Positions 28,123 to 37,437 of a stretch of 64,000 nucleotides of DNA are shown piece after piece. How positions within the stretch are numbered: position 1 is the stretch's first letter; each line of letters opens with the position of its first letter. This stretch comes from an uncultured Clostridia bacterium. Its GTDB lineage: Bacteria > Bacillota > Clostridia > Christensenellales > UBA1242. Below the pieces are notes generated by a model. The model saw only the letters and a list, made by a program, of their open reading frames with translations. It was not told where the DNA came from and made no database searches. Made by a program: the position numbers and the translations under genes. The stretch spans positions 2,831 to 66,830 of the forward strand of contig CALVYS010000002.1 in NCBI GenBank assembly GCA_944372355.1. The letters are read 5' to 3'.

Positions 28123-28713
28123 ATGAACGAAATCGACATGTTGAAAGACACAACAGAAAAATTAAAAAGAGACCTGTGGTCACTGACAAACGAAACTTTG
28201 TCTGGAATAGATTTAACCCAGCTCAGCTCGCAGCTTAGCTCAATTTCAACTTCGATCACCAATCTGGACACAAGGCTTGATGCGGTTGAAGCGCAGCTGA
28301 CGCCAGAAACCCCTGTCGTGCTGTTTGACAAAGACAGCACTTCTTCTGCAACAAATCTTGGCTTCACTGACGGCTGGCTGCCAGACAATTCCATCACTTA
28401 CGCCACACTTTCCAGTTTTAAGTACTTGAAAATTTACCTTACAAGTGGCGACAGTGAAAGCGTTTTCACCGTTCGTGTGCCTTCCGCTGGTGAGGCTGAT
28501 GGCTTTGTTGTTTCACACATGTTTCCACAAAACTCGCGAGGATATGTGGCGATTGTTTTGACTTTTGCACAAGACCTGGGCTCAATCGAGTTCTCCGACA
28601 TGGCCTATTTCTATTTCACAGGCACTTCCGCAGCCGTTGCAAGAATCACTTGGTATGACACCGACCTGCCAGCGCACGGTTTTATTAGAAAAGTGGAAGG
28701 CTTCACAAAATAA
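28123..28713 (+). CDS. Hypothetical protein: N-terminal coiled coil plus a beta-rich C-terminal domain (phage tail-fibre-like in appearance)
   Basis: The heptad-like segment LSSQLSSISTSITNLDTRLDAVEAQL is followed by a beta-rich domain. I recognise no enzymatic motif. Confidence 0.5.
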   Translation: MNEIDMLKDTTEKLKRDLWSLTNETLSGIDLTQLSSQLSSISTSITNLDTRLDAVEAQLTPETPVVLFDKDSTSSATNLGFTDGWLPDNSITYATLSSFKYLKIYLTSGDSESVFTVRVPSAGEADGFVVSHMFPQNSRGYVAIVLTFAQDLGSIEFSDMAYFYFTGTSAAVARITWYDTDLPAHGFIRKVEGFTK

Positions 28714-28757
28714 AAAAAACGACGACCCTAGAAATCGTCGCAAGCTTTTTTAAGCCA

Positions 28758-29051
28758 TTATCTTGCAAAGTAAATATACATACAAACGCCAATAAAGGCT
28801 ATGGCAAGAATCACAGAAAGTGTAAATGTGACTGCTGCCCAAAACTTGGAGTACTTTATTTTGAAACTGAGGGTAGACAGGCCCAGTATAATCGCTCCTA
28901 AGCCAAGCACAGACAGAATGATGACATTTTGATTGATTCGATCGAGATAATATAAAACAAGCATTGCAAGCAAGATCCCAGAAGCAAACGCTCCTATGCA
29001 ACGTGAAAACGTGAGTTTTAATTTTTCTTGAGCTGAGATGTTCAAATTCAT
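28758..29051 (-). CDS. Small three-TM membrane protein
   Basis: The ORF has three hydrophobic segments. Confidence 0.5.
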   Translation of the reverse strand: MNLNISAQEKLKLTFSRCIGAFASGILLAMLVLYYLDRINQNVIILSVLGLGAIILGLSTLSFKIKYSKFWAAVTFTLSVILAIAFIGVCMYIYFAR

Positions 29052-29091
29052 ACTTAAATTATATTATCTTTCTTCTCGCATGTCAAACGAT

Positions 29092-29862
29092 TTAACCTTC
29101 CATAATCATCTTATCTGCAATTAACGCAATAAGTTCGCCATTTGTTGGTTTTTCGTTGCTGTTGTAAATTTTAAGTCCAAAAAGTGAGTTGATGTTTTCG
29201 ATTTTTCCTCTATTCCAAGCAACTTCAATCGCGTGGCGCATTCCTCTTTCCACTTTGGAAGAGCTGGTTTCAAAGCGCTCGGCAATTGTGGGGTAAAGTT
29301 GTTTGGTGATAGATCCGATAATTTCTGGTTTTTCCACGGCAAGCTTCACTGCTTCCCTCAAAAATTGATAGCCCTTTATATGGGCAGGAATTCCAATGCT
29401 GATGAATATGTTTGAAATTCTCTCGTCAAGTTGTTTGCTGTTTTTCATGGAAAGCACCGAACTCTCACTTTGATTTTGCATCAAATCGAAAATTCTTTCT
29501 TCTAGCACCTCTGGCAAGACTGGTTTCACCATAAAATAGCTTGCTCCTTCGCTCATAGCTTTCGTCACAAATCCACTGTGCGAAAGGTTGGAAACAAAAA
29601 TCACTTTTGGCGTTTTGTCTCCCATGCTCGCTTTAAGTTTTTCAAGCACAACAAAGCCGTCCATTCCGCTGAGCATAACTTCCATGATAAGGAAGTCCGG
29701 TTTAAGTAATGGCACATCTTTTAAAACTTCTTCGCCACTTGGGCTTGCGCCGACCAAAGCAAATTTCTCGCTTTCTCGAAAATATGTCACAACAGAGTTG
29801 TCTTCCGCTTTATCGGCAATGTAAACCCTGATTTTTCCTTTGTGCGATGGCAGATTTTCCAT
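29092..29862 (-). CDS. spo0A: Sporulation master regulator Spo0A
   Basis: Receiver domain (IRVYIADK...DFLIMEVMLSGMDG) plus the Spo0A_C signature GIPAHIKGYQFLREAV...ITKQLYPTIAERFETSSSKVERGMRHAIEVAWNRG. The ATG at 29862 follows AAAGGAGAG. Confidence 0.9.
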   Translation of the reverse strand: MENLPSHKGKIRVYIADKAEDNSVVTYFRESEKFALVGASPSGEEVLKDVPLLKPDFLIMEVMLSGMDGFVVLEKLKASMGDKTPKVIFVSNLSHSGFVTKAMSEGASYFMVKPVLPEVLEERIFDLMQNQSESSVLSMKNSKQLDERISNIFISIGIPAHIKGYQFLREAVKLAVEKPEIIGSITKQLYPTIAERFETSSSKVERGMRHAIEVAWNRGKIENINSLFGLKIYNSNEKPTNGELIALIADKMIMEG

Positions 29863-30031
29863 AATTCTCTCTCCTTTTATTAAATTTTTTGAAAAACCAT
29901 AAATTTCACTTAAATCGTGAAACATTTCTAACTTAGCACAAAAAGCCGACAAAATAAAAGAATAACCCGCACTGGAATGTGCGAGTTATGTCTAGTTTTG
30001 TAGAAATTTATAGATGCAGCTTTTGCCGAGA

Positions 30032-31414
30032 TTAAACGACAGTTTTCCCTAAAATTTGAGGAGTTGTTGCAGCACGCGCTGAAACAGTGTAAAGGTAGTA
30101 ATTTGTGTCCTCTGCCTCGGTTGTATCTGAGCCTGTTGCGTCATCTTCCGACTCCTCGTAAACACGCTGTGCATAGAAATAAAGATTCTTTAAATTGCCA
30201 CTTTCGAAGTAATCATAGCCGATTTTGTTTGTTATGATCGTCATACCCTCCACCAGCACTGTTGCCTCAGTTGGAGAGGACACGCTTTTGTAGGCGATCC
30301 CGTCAGAAGTTGAATAGTAAACCAGGTCACCTTTGGTGAAGAGCACCGAAGAAAACTCTGAATTGGTGAGCAAAACCGTTGGTGCTGACGCTGAGTTTTG
30401 TTTGAAAAGAATCTGAGCGCTGCCTGTCAGCGACGACGAGAAAATGTAGCCGTCATAGCCTTGTGTCAAGCCTCTTTCTATTTTCCACACATTGCTAATT
30501 TCTGTGGAATAGAAATACTCACCTGCTGACAAAAATGCGGTAGACTCAAAATCCTGCGCGTTGGCTTTGTAGGTTTGAGTGGTGTTTTTGATTGCGTCCA
30601 CTCTCGTGTAGAACACCTCATCTCCACATCTGCCTGTAAAGGTGATGGTGTTGTTGATCGTTTTCATAATGGCTTTGGATTCGCCCGTTAAAAGGTCACA
30701 TTCAAAAACTTCGTTACCGGATTCTCCATAGGTGTTTGCTTTGTCTTCTGTGTAATAAACCTTGCCGTTAAAGCTTTCGCCTTCCCTTGGCAGAGCCACG
30801 CTTGTTGCCGCAGATGAAATTGTTCGGACAGAATCATTTGCAAGATTTATTGCGCTGAGTGTTGTACCATCATATACCAGTAAAAAGTTTTGTCCATCAA
30901 CCGAAACCGCCCTCAACTGTGCCGTTTCACTGTTGTAAGAAGATGTTGTCATCAGCTCTGTCGTGTCGCTGCCATTAAGTCTGGTTTTAAAGATGGAAAC
31001 ATAGGTGAAAACATAGGTGTTGGAGCTTGTCCTGTGTTTGTTTGGACTTGCATAGTAAACAAAATCACCCAGCACAAAGCTGTACATGTTGCTGTATCCC
31101 ACAACCTCGCTGTTGAGTTTGTTGACTGCGTCTGGCGAAGTGTAAGCGCTGGTCTCTGCCTCGGCCAAGTTCAGCCTTGCAAGATAAGAATATTGTGCTG
31201 CAGCGTTGAATTCGTCCATCGTGGTGATGTCAGTGTTTGTGTAGCCATTTGCATAAAAAAGATTGTCGTCCACCACCGACACGATTCCGCCATTGTATAA
31301 AATTTGATCGCTTTTGCTGTTTTCAATGCCGCTCCAACTCGAACAACCTGCAAGGGTCAATGTGCAAAGCCCGCCCATCAACAGCAGCGCCAAAATTTTG
31401 CTTGATTTTTTCAT
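30032..31414 (-). CDS. Lipoprotein with a repeated beta-propeller-like xxYY pattern (DUF5050-like)
   Basis: Lipobox LTLAGC. Recurrent FYANGY, VYYASPN, VYYTED, VFYTRVD, LVYYSTSDG and LYFYAQR blades. Confidence 0.65.
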   Translation of the reverse strand: MKKSSKILALLLMGGLCTLTLAGCSSWSGIENSKSDQILYNGGIVSVVDDNLFYANGYTNTDITTMDEFNAAAQYSYLARLNLAEAETSAYTSPDAVNKLNSEVVGYSNMYSFVLGDFVYYASPNKHRTSSNTYVFTYVSIFKTRLNGSDTTELMTTSSYNSETAQLRAVSVDGQNFLLVYDGTTLSAINLANDSVRTISSAATSVALPREGESFNGKVYYTEDKANTYGESGNEVFECDLLTGESKAIMKTINNTITFTGRCGDEVFYTRVDAIKNTTQTYKANAQDFESTAFLSAGEYFYSTEISNVWKIERGLTQGYDGYIFSSSLTGSAQILFKQNSASAPTVLLTNSEFSSVLFTKGDLVYYSTSDGIAYKSVSSPTEATVLVEGMTIITNKIGYDYFESGNLKNLYFYAQRVYEESEDDATGSDTTEAEDTNYYLYTVSARAATTPQILGKTVV

Positions 31415-31488
31415 AGTCACTCCATTTAAGCTTCGTTAGTCTAACATTTTTTATTCGCCTATGTCAATTGTTTCCTATAAATTTGACT

Positions 31489-32190
31489 TTAAACTCCGAT
31501 CTCCGTGAGTTTGTTGTCCACCATGTCACACGAGGTCAAATAGTAATCAATGCCACGCAACTCAAAGTGAGTTTCACGGCGCTTGTAGCCATGCAGATGC
31601 CCAAACACCACGCTCGTCACCTGTGCTTGCTCCAAAAGCTTGGTAAATTCGCTTTCTTCGCGCTTGAAATTGCAAGGTGGATAGTGCATCATGCAAATGA
31701 TTTTTTCTCCATTGGTTTGCAACGCCTTTGCACTTTTTAAGGTGAGATCCAAGCGAATAACTTCACGCTTAAAAATTTTCTCATCTTCCGGCGAAGCAAA
31801 CTCGCCGTTTTCAGGCACCGTCCAGCCACGCGTTCCACACACGATCAGGTTTCCAAATTTCATGGCATCATTTTGAATTGCAAACATGCCCTGCGGAAGT
31901 GCCGCTCTCACCGCTGAGATTGATGCCCACCAATAATCATGGTTTCCGCGAATGAGAATCTTCTTGCCAGGAAGCGGCTGCAAAAGCTCGAAATCTGCTT
32001 TGGCATCTTCCAGCTTCATTGCCCATGAAAAATCGCCGGCAAGCAAAACAAGATCTTCCTCTTTCACCCTCTCTTGCCAGTCGGCAAATATTTTGCTTTC
32101 ATATCCTTCCCACACCTGCCCAAAAATGTCCATAGGTTTTGGATTGTTCACAGAAAGGTGCAGGTCGCTTATCGCAAAAACCTTCATCAA
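31489..32190 (-). CDS. Metallophosphoesterase
   Basis: The SDLHLS, GDFSWA, GNHDYW, MHYPP and GHLHG motifs occur in canonical order. Confidence 0.8.
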   Translation of the reverse strand: MMKVFAISDLHLSVNNPKPMDIFGQVWEGYESKIFADWQERVKEEDLVLLAGDFSWAMKLEDAKADFELLQPLPGKKILIRGNHDYWWASISAVRAALPQGMFAIQNDAMKFGNLIVCGTRGWTVPENGEFASPEDEKIFKREVIRLDLTLKSAKALQTNGEKIICMMHYPPCNFKREESEFTKLLEQAQVTSVVFGHLHGYKRRETHFELRGIDYYLTSCDMVDNKLTEIGV

Positions 32191-32609
32191 ATTTCCTTCA
32201 AAACTTCGCCAACCAAACGCATGTCGCAGGCGCCTTGGTAGTTTTGCTTAAAGTGTTTCATAACCACAGGAATGCTTTTGTCTGGCAACGAAAGTATGAT
32301 GTTTTTGATTTCTTCTTTGGAAAGCATTTTTGGAAGATATTGCTCGATCAGCGAAATCTGTTTTGCAATTTGTTCTGCCATCTGTGGGTTTGCGGCTTTG
32401 ATGTAATTATCTCGCTCTTCGCAAAGCTCCTTGCTTGCCTTTTGCAAAATCGCAGCGACATCGCCATCTGAAAGTTCCGCGCCGGCTTGGCGTTTGTTGA
32501 TCTCTTCAAGTTTGATCTTGTTTAAAAGCACGCTGTAAAGTGCCCTCGCTGTTTGGTCTTTGGTTTTTATAGCCTCAATGTTTGCTTGTTTGATTGCATC
32601 TAAAATCAT
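32187..32609 (-). CDS. yqeY: GatB/YqeY domain protein
   Basis: IKQANIEAIKTKDQTARALYSVLLNKIK...QYLPKMLSKEEI is typical of YqeY. Confidence 0.75.
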   Translation of the reverse strand: MILDAIKQANIEAIKTKDQTARALYSVLLNKIKLEEINKRQAGAELSDGDVAAILQKASKELCEERDNYIKAANPQMAEQIAKQISLIEQYLPKMLSKEEIKNIILSLPDKSIPVVMKHFKQNYQGACDMRLVGEVLKEI

Positions 32610-32676
32610 ACTGCCTCCTTTGATGCTTTATTATACAAAATTTATATTGATTTTCCAAGCAATTACCTCAAATCTA

Positions 32677-32705
32677 TTGACATACGAAACAAAAATCTAT
32701 ATAAT
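32677..32705 (+). promoter_or_regulatory. Sigma-A-type promoter for tRNA-Met
   Basis: TTGACA, 17-nt spacer, TATAAT. Confidence 0.65.
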
Positions 32706-32720
32706 AAAAACACGATTTGT

Positions 32721-32797
32721 GGCGGTATAGCTCAGCTGGCTAGAGCGTACGGTTCATACCCGTAAGGTCACTGGTTCAAGCCCAGTTACCGCTACCA
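32721..32797 (+). tRNA. tRNA-Met (anticodon CAT), elongator-like, CCA encoded
   Basis: GGCGGTATAGCTCAGCTGGCTAGAGCGTACGGTTCATACCCGTAAGGTC... The anticodon loop is TTCATAC. By eye I cannot exclude a lysidine-modified Ile2 identity. Confidence 0.85.
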
Positions 32798-32802
32798 AAC
32801 AA

Positions 32803-32831
32803 AGCGCTGCGAAGTTTCCGCAGCGTTTTTA
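32803..32831. terminator. Terminator after tRNA-Met, overlapping the convergent gene's stop
   Basis: CGCTGCG-aagtttc-CGCAGCG followed by TTTTT. Confidence 0.7.
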
Positions 32832-33911
32832 TTTTACTATGTTAAACGATTTTTCAAGCCCAAGCTCTGGAAAACTTACGTAAATGATGCCGTCGTCAAA
32901 ATCCGAAAGCACAATATAATCCATCTCTCGGCTTACATCCCCACTGGTGCAGTAAACGCTCATCTCTCCACTTTTCGAAAGTCTTATTCTCAAAACATCG
33001 GCTTCGGCATAGATTGTGTCGCCTTCAAATGTCCCTCCAATCACCTTTTCTATCTCAATTTCCTCCTCACTTTTCACCAAAATGTGAATAGTTCCAGCTC
33101 TTTCGCCGTTTAGGTAGACTTCAACTTCACCTGTGCCAAAGTCTTTTGCAATAATGGTGTTTTCTTGAATCTCAATGCAGGTTGAACTGGTTTCAAAGGT
33201 AACTGTGGCTTCGCCTGTGTAATATGATGGGGTTATTAAGTAACTTAATTCAAACCTTTCATCTTTGTTTAATTCCAAGTTTTCTGGAAGGTTTGCTATC
33301 GATGGAGATATGCTTTCAACCCAAACAGTGACAGTCTGTGTTTGGTTTGAGTTTTTAGATGAAAATGTGAGTATAGTTTCACCTTCACGTTGGGCTGAAA
33401 TCGTGTTGTTTGAAACTTTGACAGAGTTGCCTGTGGAAACCACTGTGTAGTCTTTGTATGAAGTGAAGGAGTGTTGATAGTTGTAACCCTCTGCCAGAGC
33501 AGTTTCAATATCTTTGTCCAAAAGATACAATTTGATTTCTGCTGGAAGGTCTGTTATCGGACCATCAGGATTTTCTGTGACATATATGTTTGTGGTGGCA
33601 ATCGCTCTGTCATCATCTCTTGTGGCTGTTATTCTGATCGAAGTTGATCCAACCTGTCTTCCTACCAAATTTCCATCTACAATCTCGACAATATTTGAAT
33701 CATATATTTCAAATGAAACTGTGGCAGTTTCATCTGAAATGTCATATTCGATCGATTTGACATCGTCAACTGCCAAACTGATTTCATTGACTGAAATTGT
33801 AAGCTGAGCGGGAGCAGGTTTAATCAAAATTGCACAAAGCACTGCGGCCAGACAAATCAAAACCCCAGCAACAGAGGATATTCCTATCAATGTTTTCAAC
33901 TTCTTCGTCAC
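32829..33911 (-). CDS. Membrane-anchored Big_2 (bacterial Ig-like) domain protein, paralog 1
   Basis: GTG start and an N-terminal TM anchor. The Big_2-like segment is VDDVKSIEYDIS...VSFEIYDSNIVEIVDGNLVGRQVGSTSIRITA. The 5' ~860 nt are nearly identical to 37438..38526. Confidence 0.8.
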   Translation of the reverse strand: MTKKLKTLIGISSVAGVLICLAAVLCAILIKPAPAQLTISVNEISLAVDDVKSIEYDISDETATVSFEIYDSNIVEIVDGNLVGRQVGSTSIRITATRDDDRAIATTNIYVTENPDGPITDLPAEIKLYLLDKDIETALAEGYNYQHSFTSYKDYTVVSTGNSVKVSNNTISAQREGETILTFSSKNSNQTQTVTVWVESISPSIANLPENLELNKDERFELSYLITPSYYTGEATVTFETSSTCIEIQENTIIAKDFGTGEVEVYLNGERAGTIHILVKSEEEIEIEKVIGGTFEGDTIYAEADVLRIRLSKSGEMSVYCTSGDVSREMDYIVLSDFDDGIIYVSFPELGLEKSFNIVK

Positions 33912-33940
33912 GCCTAAATTTTAATACTTTGTGTGTCGAA
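33052..33940 (-). repeat. 889-bp direct repeat, copy 1 (5' coding part plus 29 bp upstream of the Big_2 paralog)
   Basis: Aligns with 37667-38555 at an offset of 4615. There are 4 substitutions (33090, 33093, 33147, 33157), then 783 bp read as identical. Confidence 0.9.
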
Positions 33941-34021
33941 TGTCAAAGCAAATCATCTAAATTTAAAGAATTTTGTTTAAACTTTTGGCTTTTAAAACAT
34001 ACTAAGCAAAAAGGAGCTCTC

Positions 34022-34813
34022 ATGGCTTATAGTTACAAAACCGCCATTGAATTTGGCTTGGTTTACATTCCAATAACTTTGCACGCCTGTGTCAAATCTC
34101 ACGACATAGGCTTCAACATGCTTTACAAAAAGACCAAACAAAAAATCAAATACAAAAAGACCTGTGAAAATTGTCCTGCAAACATTCCAATTGACGACAT
34201 CATCAAGGGTTATGAATACGAACCAGGCAAATTTGTAACCTTAACAGACAAGGAGCTTGAAAGCCTTAAAACGCCGAAAGATAAAAGCATTGCAATAACA
34301 GAGTTCGTTAGGCTTGACGAAATCGATCCAATATATTTTGATCGCTCTTTTTACGTATCTCCGAATGGAGCCGACAAGGCCTTTTCACTTTTGCTCAAAG
34401 CGCTCGACGAAGAAAAAAAGGTGGCCGTTGCAAAAACGGTTTTGGGCACAAAAGAGCAACTCGTCGCCTTGCGTGCAATCAATGGAAAACTGGTGCTAAA
34501 CACCTTGCATTTTTATGACGAGGTGCAGTTTGCGCCATCTTTAAAAGAAGTGAAAGTCAGTGCTTCTGAAATCAGTCTTGCCAAAAATTTGATAAAAAAT
34601 ATGACCGCCCATTTTGAGCCGGCCAAATACAAAAACGAATATCGTGAAAAAGTGCTTGCGGCCATAAAAAGCAAAATCAATGGTGAAAAAATCACAGCCG
34701 CGAAAATATCAAAAATGCCGAAAAATGTCATCAGTCTTATGGACGCTCTCAAAAAATCGGTGGCTGAAACAGAAAAGCCGCGTGCAAAAACTAAAAAGGC
34801 GGCTAAATCTTAA
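34022..34813 (+). CDS. ku: Ku protein (NHEJ DNA-end binding)
   Basis: MAYSYKTAIEFGLVYIPITLH...IDPIYFDRSFYVSP...LVALR..., a typical bacterial Ku core with a basic C-terminal tail. The ATG at 34022 follows AAAGGAG. Confidence 0.85.
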   Translation: MAYSYKTAIEFGLVYIPITLHACVKSHDIGFNMLYKKTKQKIKYKKTCENCPANIPIDDIIKGYEYEPGKFVTLTDKELESLKTPKDKSIAITEFVRLDEIDPIYFDRSFYVSPNGADKAFSLLLKALDEEKKVAVAKTVLGTKEQLVALRAINGKLVLNTLHFYDEVQFAPSLKEVKVSASEISLAKNLIKNMTAHFEPAKYKNEYREKVLAAIKSKINGEKITAAKISKMPKNVISLMDALKKSVAETEKPRAKTKKAAKS

Positions 34814-34875
34814 AAATTATACAGCTCACAATTTTAAACCGCGCCCATGTTTTCTACCAATTGAAAAAACTCAAA

Positions 34876-36180
34876 TTAGATCTGTTTGATTATTTTTTCC
34901 AGTTCAGCGATGTAAGCCTCCGCCTTTTTCTCGTCAGGGTGCTCTATCATAAGCCTGATCTTTGGTTCAGTGCCGCTTGCTCGAACAAGCACTCTTCCGG
35001 CGGGCGATATTTCATTTGAAATTTGAAAGATTTTTTGAGAAAGAATTTCGCTGTTCAAAACCTTCAATTTGTCTTCGACGACTATGTTTTTGTTTTTCTG
35101 AACCAGTAATTTAGCGTCAAACAGTTCTGACAGCTTTTTTCCTTTGCTTTTCATAATCGAAGCAACTTGAATGGCCGCCAAAACACCGTCTCCTGTTGGA
35201 AGATACGGCTTCAAGATTATATGACCAGATTGTTCACCACCAAGGAAAAGATTCATTTTTTCCATGGCTTCGATCACATACTTATCCCCAACATCAGTGC
35301 GAATGAGATTGATCTTTTTCTTGTTTAACGCGATCAAGAGTCCGGTGTTGGTGTGACTTGTTCCCACCACCGTTTTGCCATTTAGCAAACCTTTTTCATT
35401 CAAGTGCAGCGCCAAAATATACAGAAGTTGGTCGCCATCAAGCACTTTGCCAGTTTCGTCAACAGCGATCACACGGTCGGCATCGCCGTCAAACGCAAAT
35501 CCCGCATCAGCTTTTTCTGCCACCACTTTTTTTCGCAAATTCTCAATGTGAGTTGAACCGCAATTTTCATTGATTTTTTTTCCGGAATTGGAGCATGCCG
35601 TCTTGACAACACTCGCGCCCAGTCCCCTGAAAATCTTTGGCGCCACCAGATATGACGCTCCGTTTGAGCAGTCCAAAACAATTCTAAGCCCTTCCAATGG
35701 CGACGCAGTGGATTTGAGATAATTTACGTAAAGGTTTTTGTAAGTCGGTGCGGTTTTGTAACTTCCCACTTTCAGCGAAGGATAAATTTGCGGACAAGCA
35801 AAAAAACGTTCCAGCTCTCCCTCTTCCTTTTCACTAAGCTTTCTTCCCAAGCTGTCAAAAATTTTGATCCCGTTATATTCCTTTGGATTGTGTGAAGCGG
35901 AAATGACGACGCCGTAATCAAAGCCCTTGCGTTTGACCAAAAAAGAGATTGCAGCCGTGGGCAAAATGCCAGCATCAACAACGCTCGCCCCGCCCTTCAT
36001 GGCCCCGGTTGCAAGTGCCGCCACCAAATAGCTGCCGCTGACCCTCGTGTCCCTGCCAACCAAAATCTTGGCTTTCTTTTTTTTGCGCGCAAGAGCATTG
36101 CCAACCATCTGGGCAATCTGCTCTGTTAGGTCATTGTTTACAATGCCTCGAACTCCGTCTGTTCCAAAAAAAATCCCCAT
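34876..36180 (-). CDS. glmM: Phosphoglucosamine mutase
   Basis: FGTDGVRG, the active-site SASHNP, FDGDADR and GGEQSGH. Confidence 0.9.
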   Translation of the reverse strand: MGIFFGTDGVRGIVNNDLTEQIAQMVGNALARKKKKAKILVGRDTRVSGSYLVAALATGAMKGGASVVDAGILPTAAISFLVKRKGFDYGVVISASHNPKEYNGIKIFDSLGRKLSEKEEGELERFFACPQIYPSLKVGSYKTAPTYKNLYVNYLKSTASPLEGLRIVLDCSNGASYLVAPKIFRGLGASVVKTACSNSGKKINENCGSTHIENLRKKVVAEKADAGFAFDGDADRVIAVDETGKVLDGDQLLYILALHLNEKGLLNGKTVVGTSHTNTGLLIALNKKKINLIRTDVGDKYVIEAMEKMNLFLGGEQSGHIILKPYLPTGDGVLAAIQVASIMKSKGKKLSELFDAKLLVQKNKNIVVEDKLKVLNSEILSQKIFQISNEISPAGRVLVRASGTEPKIRLMIEHPDEKKAEAYIAELEKIIKQI

Positions 36181-36182
36181 TT

Positions 36183-36812
36183 TTAACCTCTCTTCAAATA
36201 ATCTCCGCCGCGCCCTGGCTTAACCTCTTGCCTCACCCTGCCAATGACAAAATCCTCCGGCTGTGTTGAGTTTGTCACCGTGGTGCCAGCACAAACATAA
36301 CTTCGGCTTGCTATCTTCACTGGCGCAATAATGTTGCAGTTGCTGCCAACAAACGCTCCATCGCCAACAAAGGTCCGTTTTTTTTCTTTGCCGTTGTAGT
36401 TTACAAAAATCGCTCCGCAACCAATGTTGACGTCTTCCCCTATGTCGGCATCTCCTATGTAGGCAAGATGCGCAGCTTTGCTTCTAGCCCCGATGTTGGA
36501 ATTTTTCACTTCGACAAAATTTCCAATCTTGACAAAAGCTCCCGTTTTGGAATTTGGCCTGAGGTGCGCAAAAGGCCCAATTCTGTTCTCACGGCCCACC
36601 TCACTATTTTCAATCACACAGCAAACGATCTGTGAGCCGGCTCCAATAACACTGTTTTCAATGATGCAATTTGCACCAACTTTCACATTGTCTCCGATTT
36701 TGCACTTGCCAACAATTAAAACATTGGGGCCGATTTCAACATTTTCTCCAAATTCGGTTTCAGAAGAAATCGTTGCGGTTTTTGGACTTAAAAATTTTGC
36801 TTTACTTTTCAT
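36183..36812 (-). CDS. Stand-alone left-handed beta-helix acetyltransferase equivalent to the GlmU C-terminal domain
   Basis: IGPFAHLRPNS...VKIGNFVEVKNS...RSKAAHLAYIGDADIG...GCGAIFVNYNGKEKKRT...GDGAFVGSN matches the GlmU acetyltransferase half. It has its own SD (GAGGGGA) and no uridylyltransferase domain upstream. Confidence 0.8.
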   Translation of the reverse strand: MKSKAKFLSPKTATISSETEFGENVEIGPNVLIVGKCKIGDNVKVGANCIIENSVIGAGSQIVCCVIENSEVGRENRIGPFAHLRPNSKTGAFVKIGNFVEVKNSNIGARSKAAHLAYIGDADIGEDVNIGCGAIFVNYNGKEKKRTFVGDGAFVGSNCNIIAPVKIASRSYVCAGTTVTNSTQPEDFVIGRVRQEVKPGRGGDYLKRG

Positions 36813-36926
36813 TTCCCCTCAAAATTAAAAATTTTATACTTTTTTATGAAAAACCTGCGAAAAATGTTAATTTCTTGACTTTTGCTTCAAAAGCTCGTAT
36901 ACTAAGTTGCGTTCGGAGGAAGCTCT

Positions 36927-37436
36927 ATGCATATTGCATCAAACAAAACTGTGCTGACAAAAAGGGACATCTTAAACTTTCAAAATCTTTCGATTTTAAA
37001 AAGCAGCTGGATCGTTGCAATCTTTGCTGTCGCTTTTGTTTTGCTTGCCTTTCGTGTGAGAGACGGGCAATTCGTTTTTGAAAGTGTGTTTTTTGTTGTC
37101 ATAGGCGCAGCTTTGTTGCCGGTTTACTTCATCGTCGTAAAGGCGATTTTGGCAAAACAGAACAAACATATTCCTCCACAGACCACATATGTTTACAATT
37201 TTTTTGACAGCCACATAGAGGTCTCTGCTTCTGACGGCACACACACCGAACAACTTGCATCAAATTACAATGAAATGAAAGGCTTTAAAGCGCAGAAAAA
37301 ATATATCCAGATCGTTGTTGACAAATCTGTCACTCTTTTCATTAAGAAATCCGGCTTTGAAGAAAAGGAAGATGTTGCCAAAGTTGAAAACTTGTTGGCT
37401 TTAAAAATAATCAATGAAAAAAAGAAAAAGGGCTAA
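36927..37436 (+). CDS. YcxB-like membrane protein
   Basis: Two TM segments followed by a small beta-rich C-terminal domain. The overall layout is YcxB-like. Confidence 0.5.
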   Translation: MHIASNKTVLTKRDILNFQNLSILKSSWIVAIFAVAFVLLAFRVRDGQFVFESVFFVVIGAALLPVYFIVVKAILAKQNKHIPPQTTYVYNFFDSHIEVSASDGTHTEQLASNYNEMKGFKAQKKYIQIVVDKSVTLFIKKSGFEEKEDVAKVENLLALKIINEKKKKG

Positions 37437-37437
37437 T

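Noticed and set aside
33830-34021. The upstream 64-codon extension of the Ku ORF in the track.
   Set aside because: The extension overlaps the divergent Big_2 gene start and promoter. Ku homology begins at MAYSYKTAIEFG, which has a strong SD.
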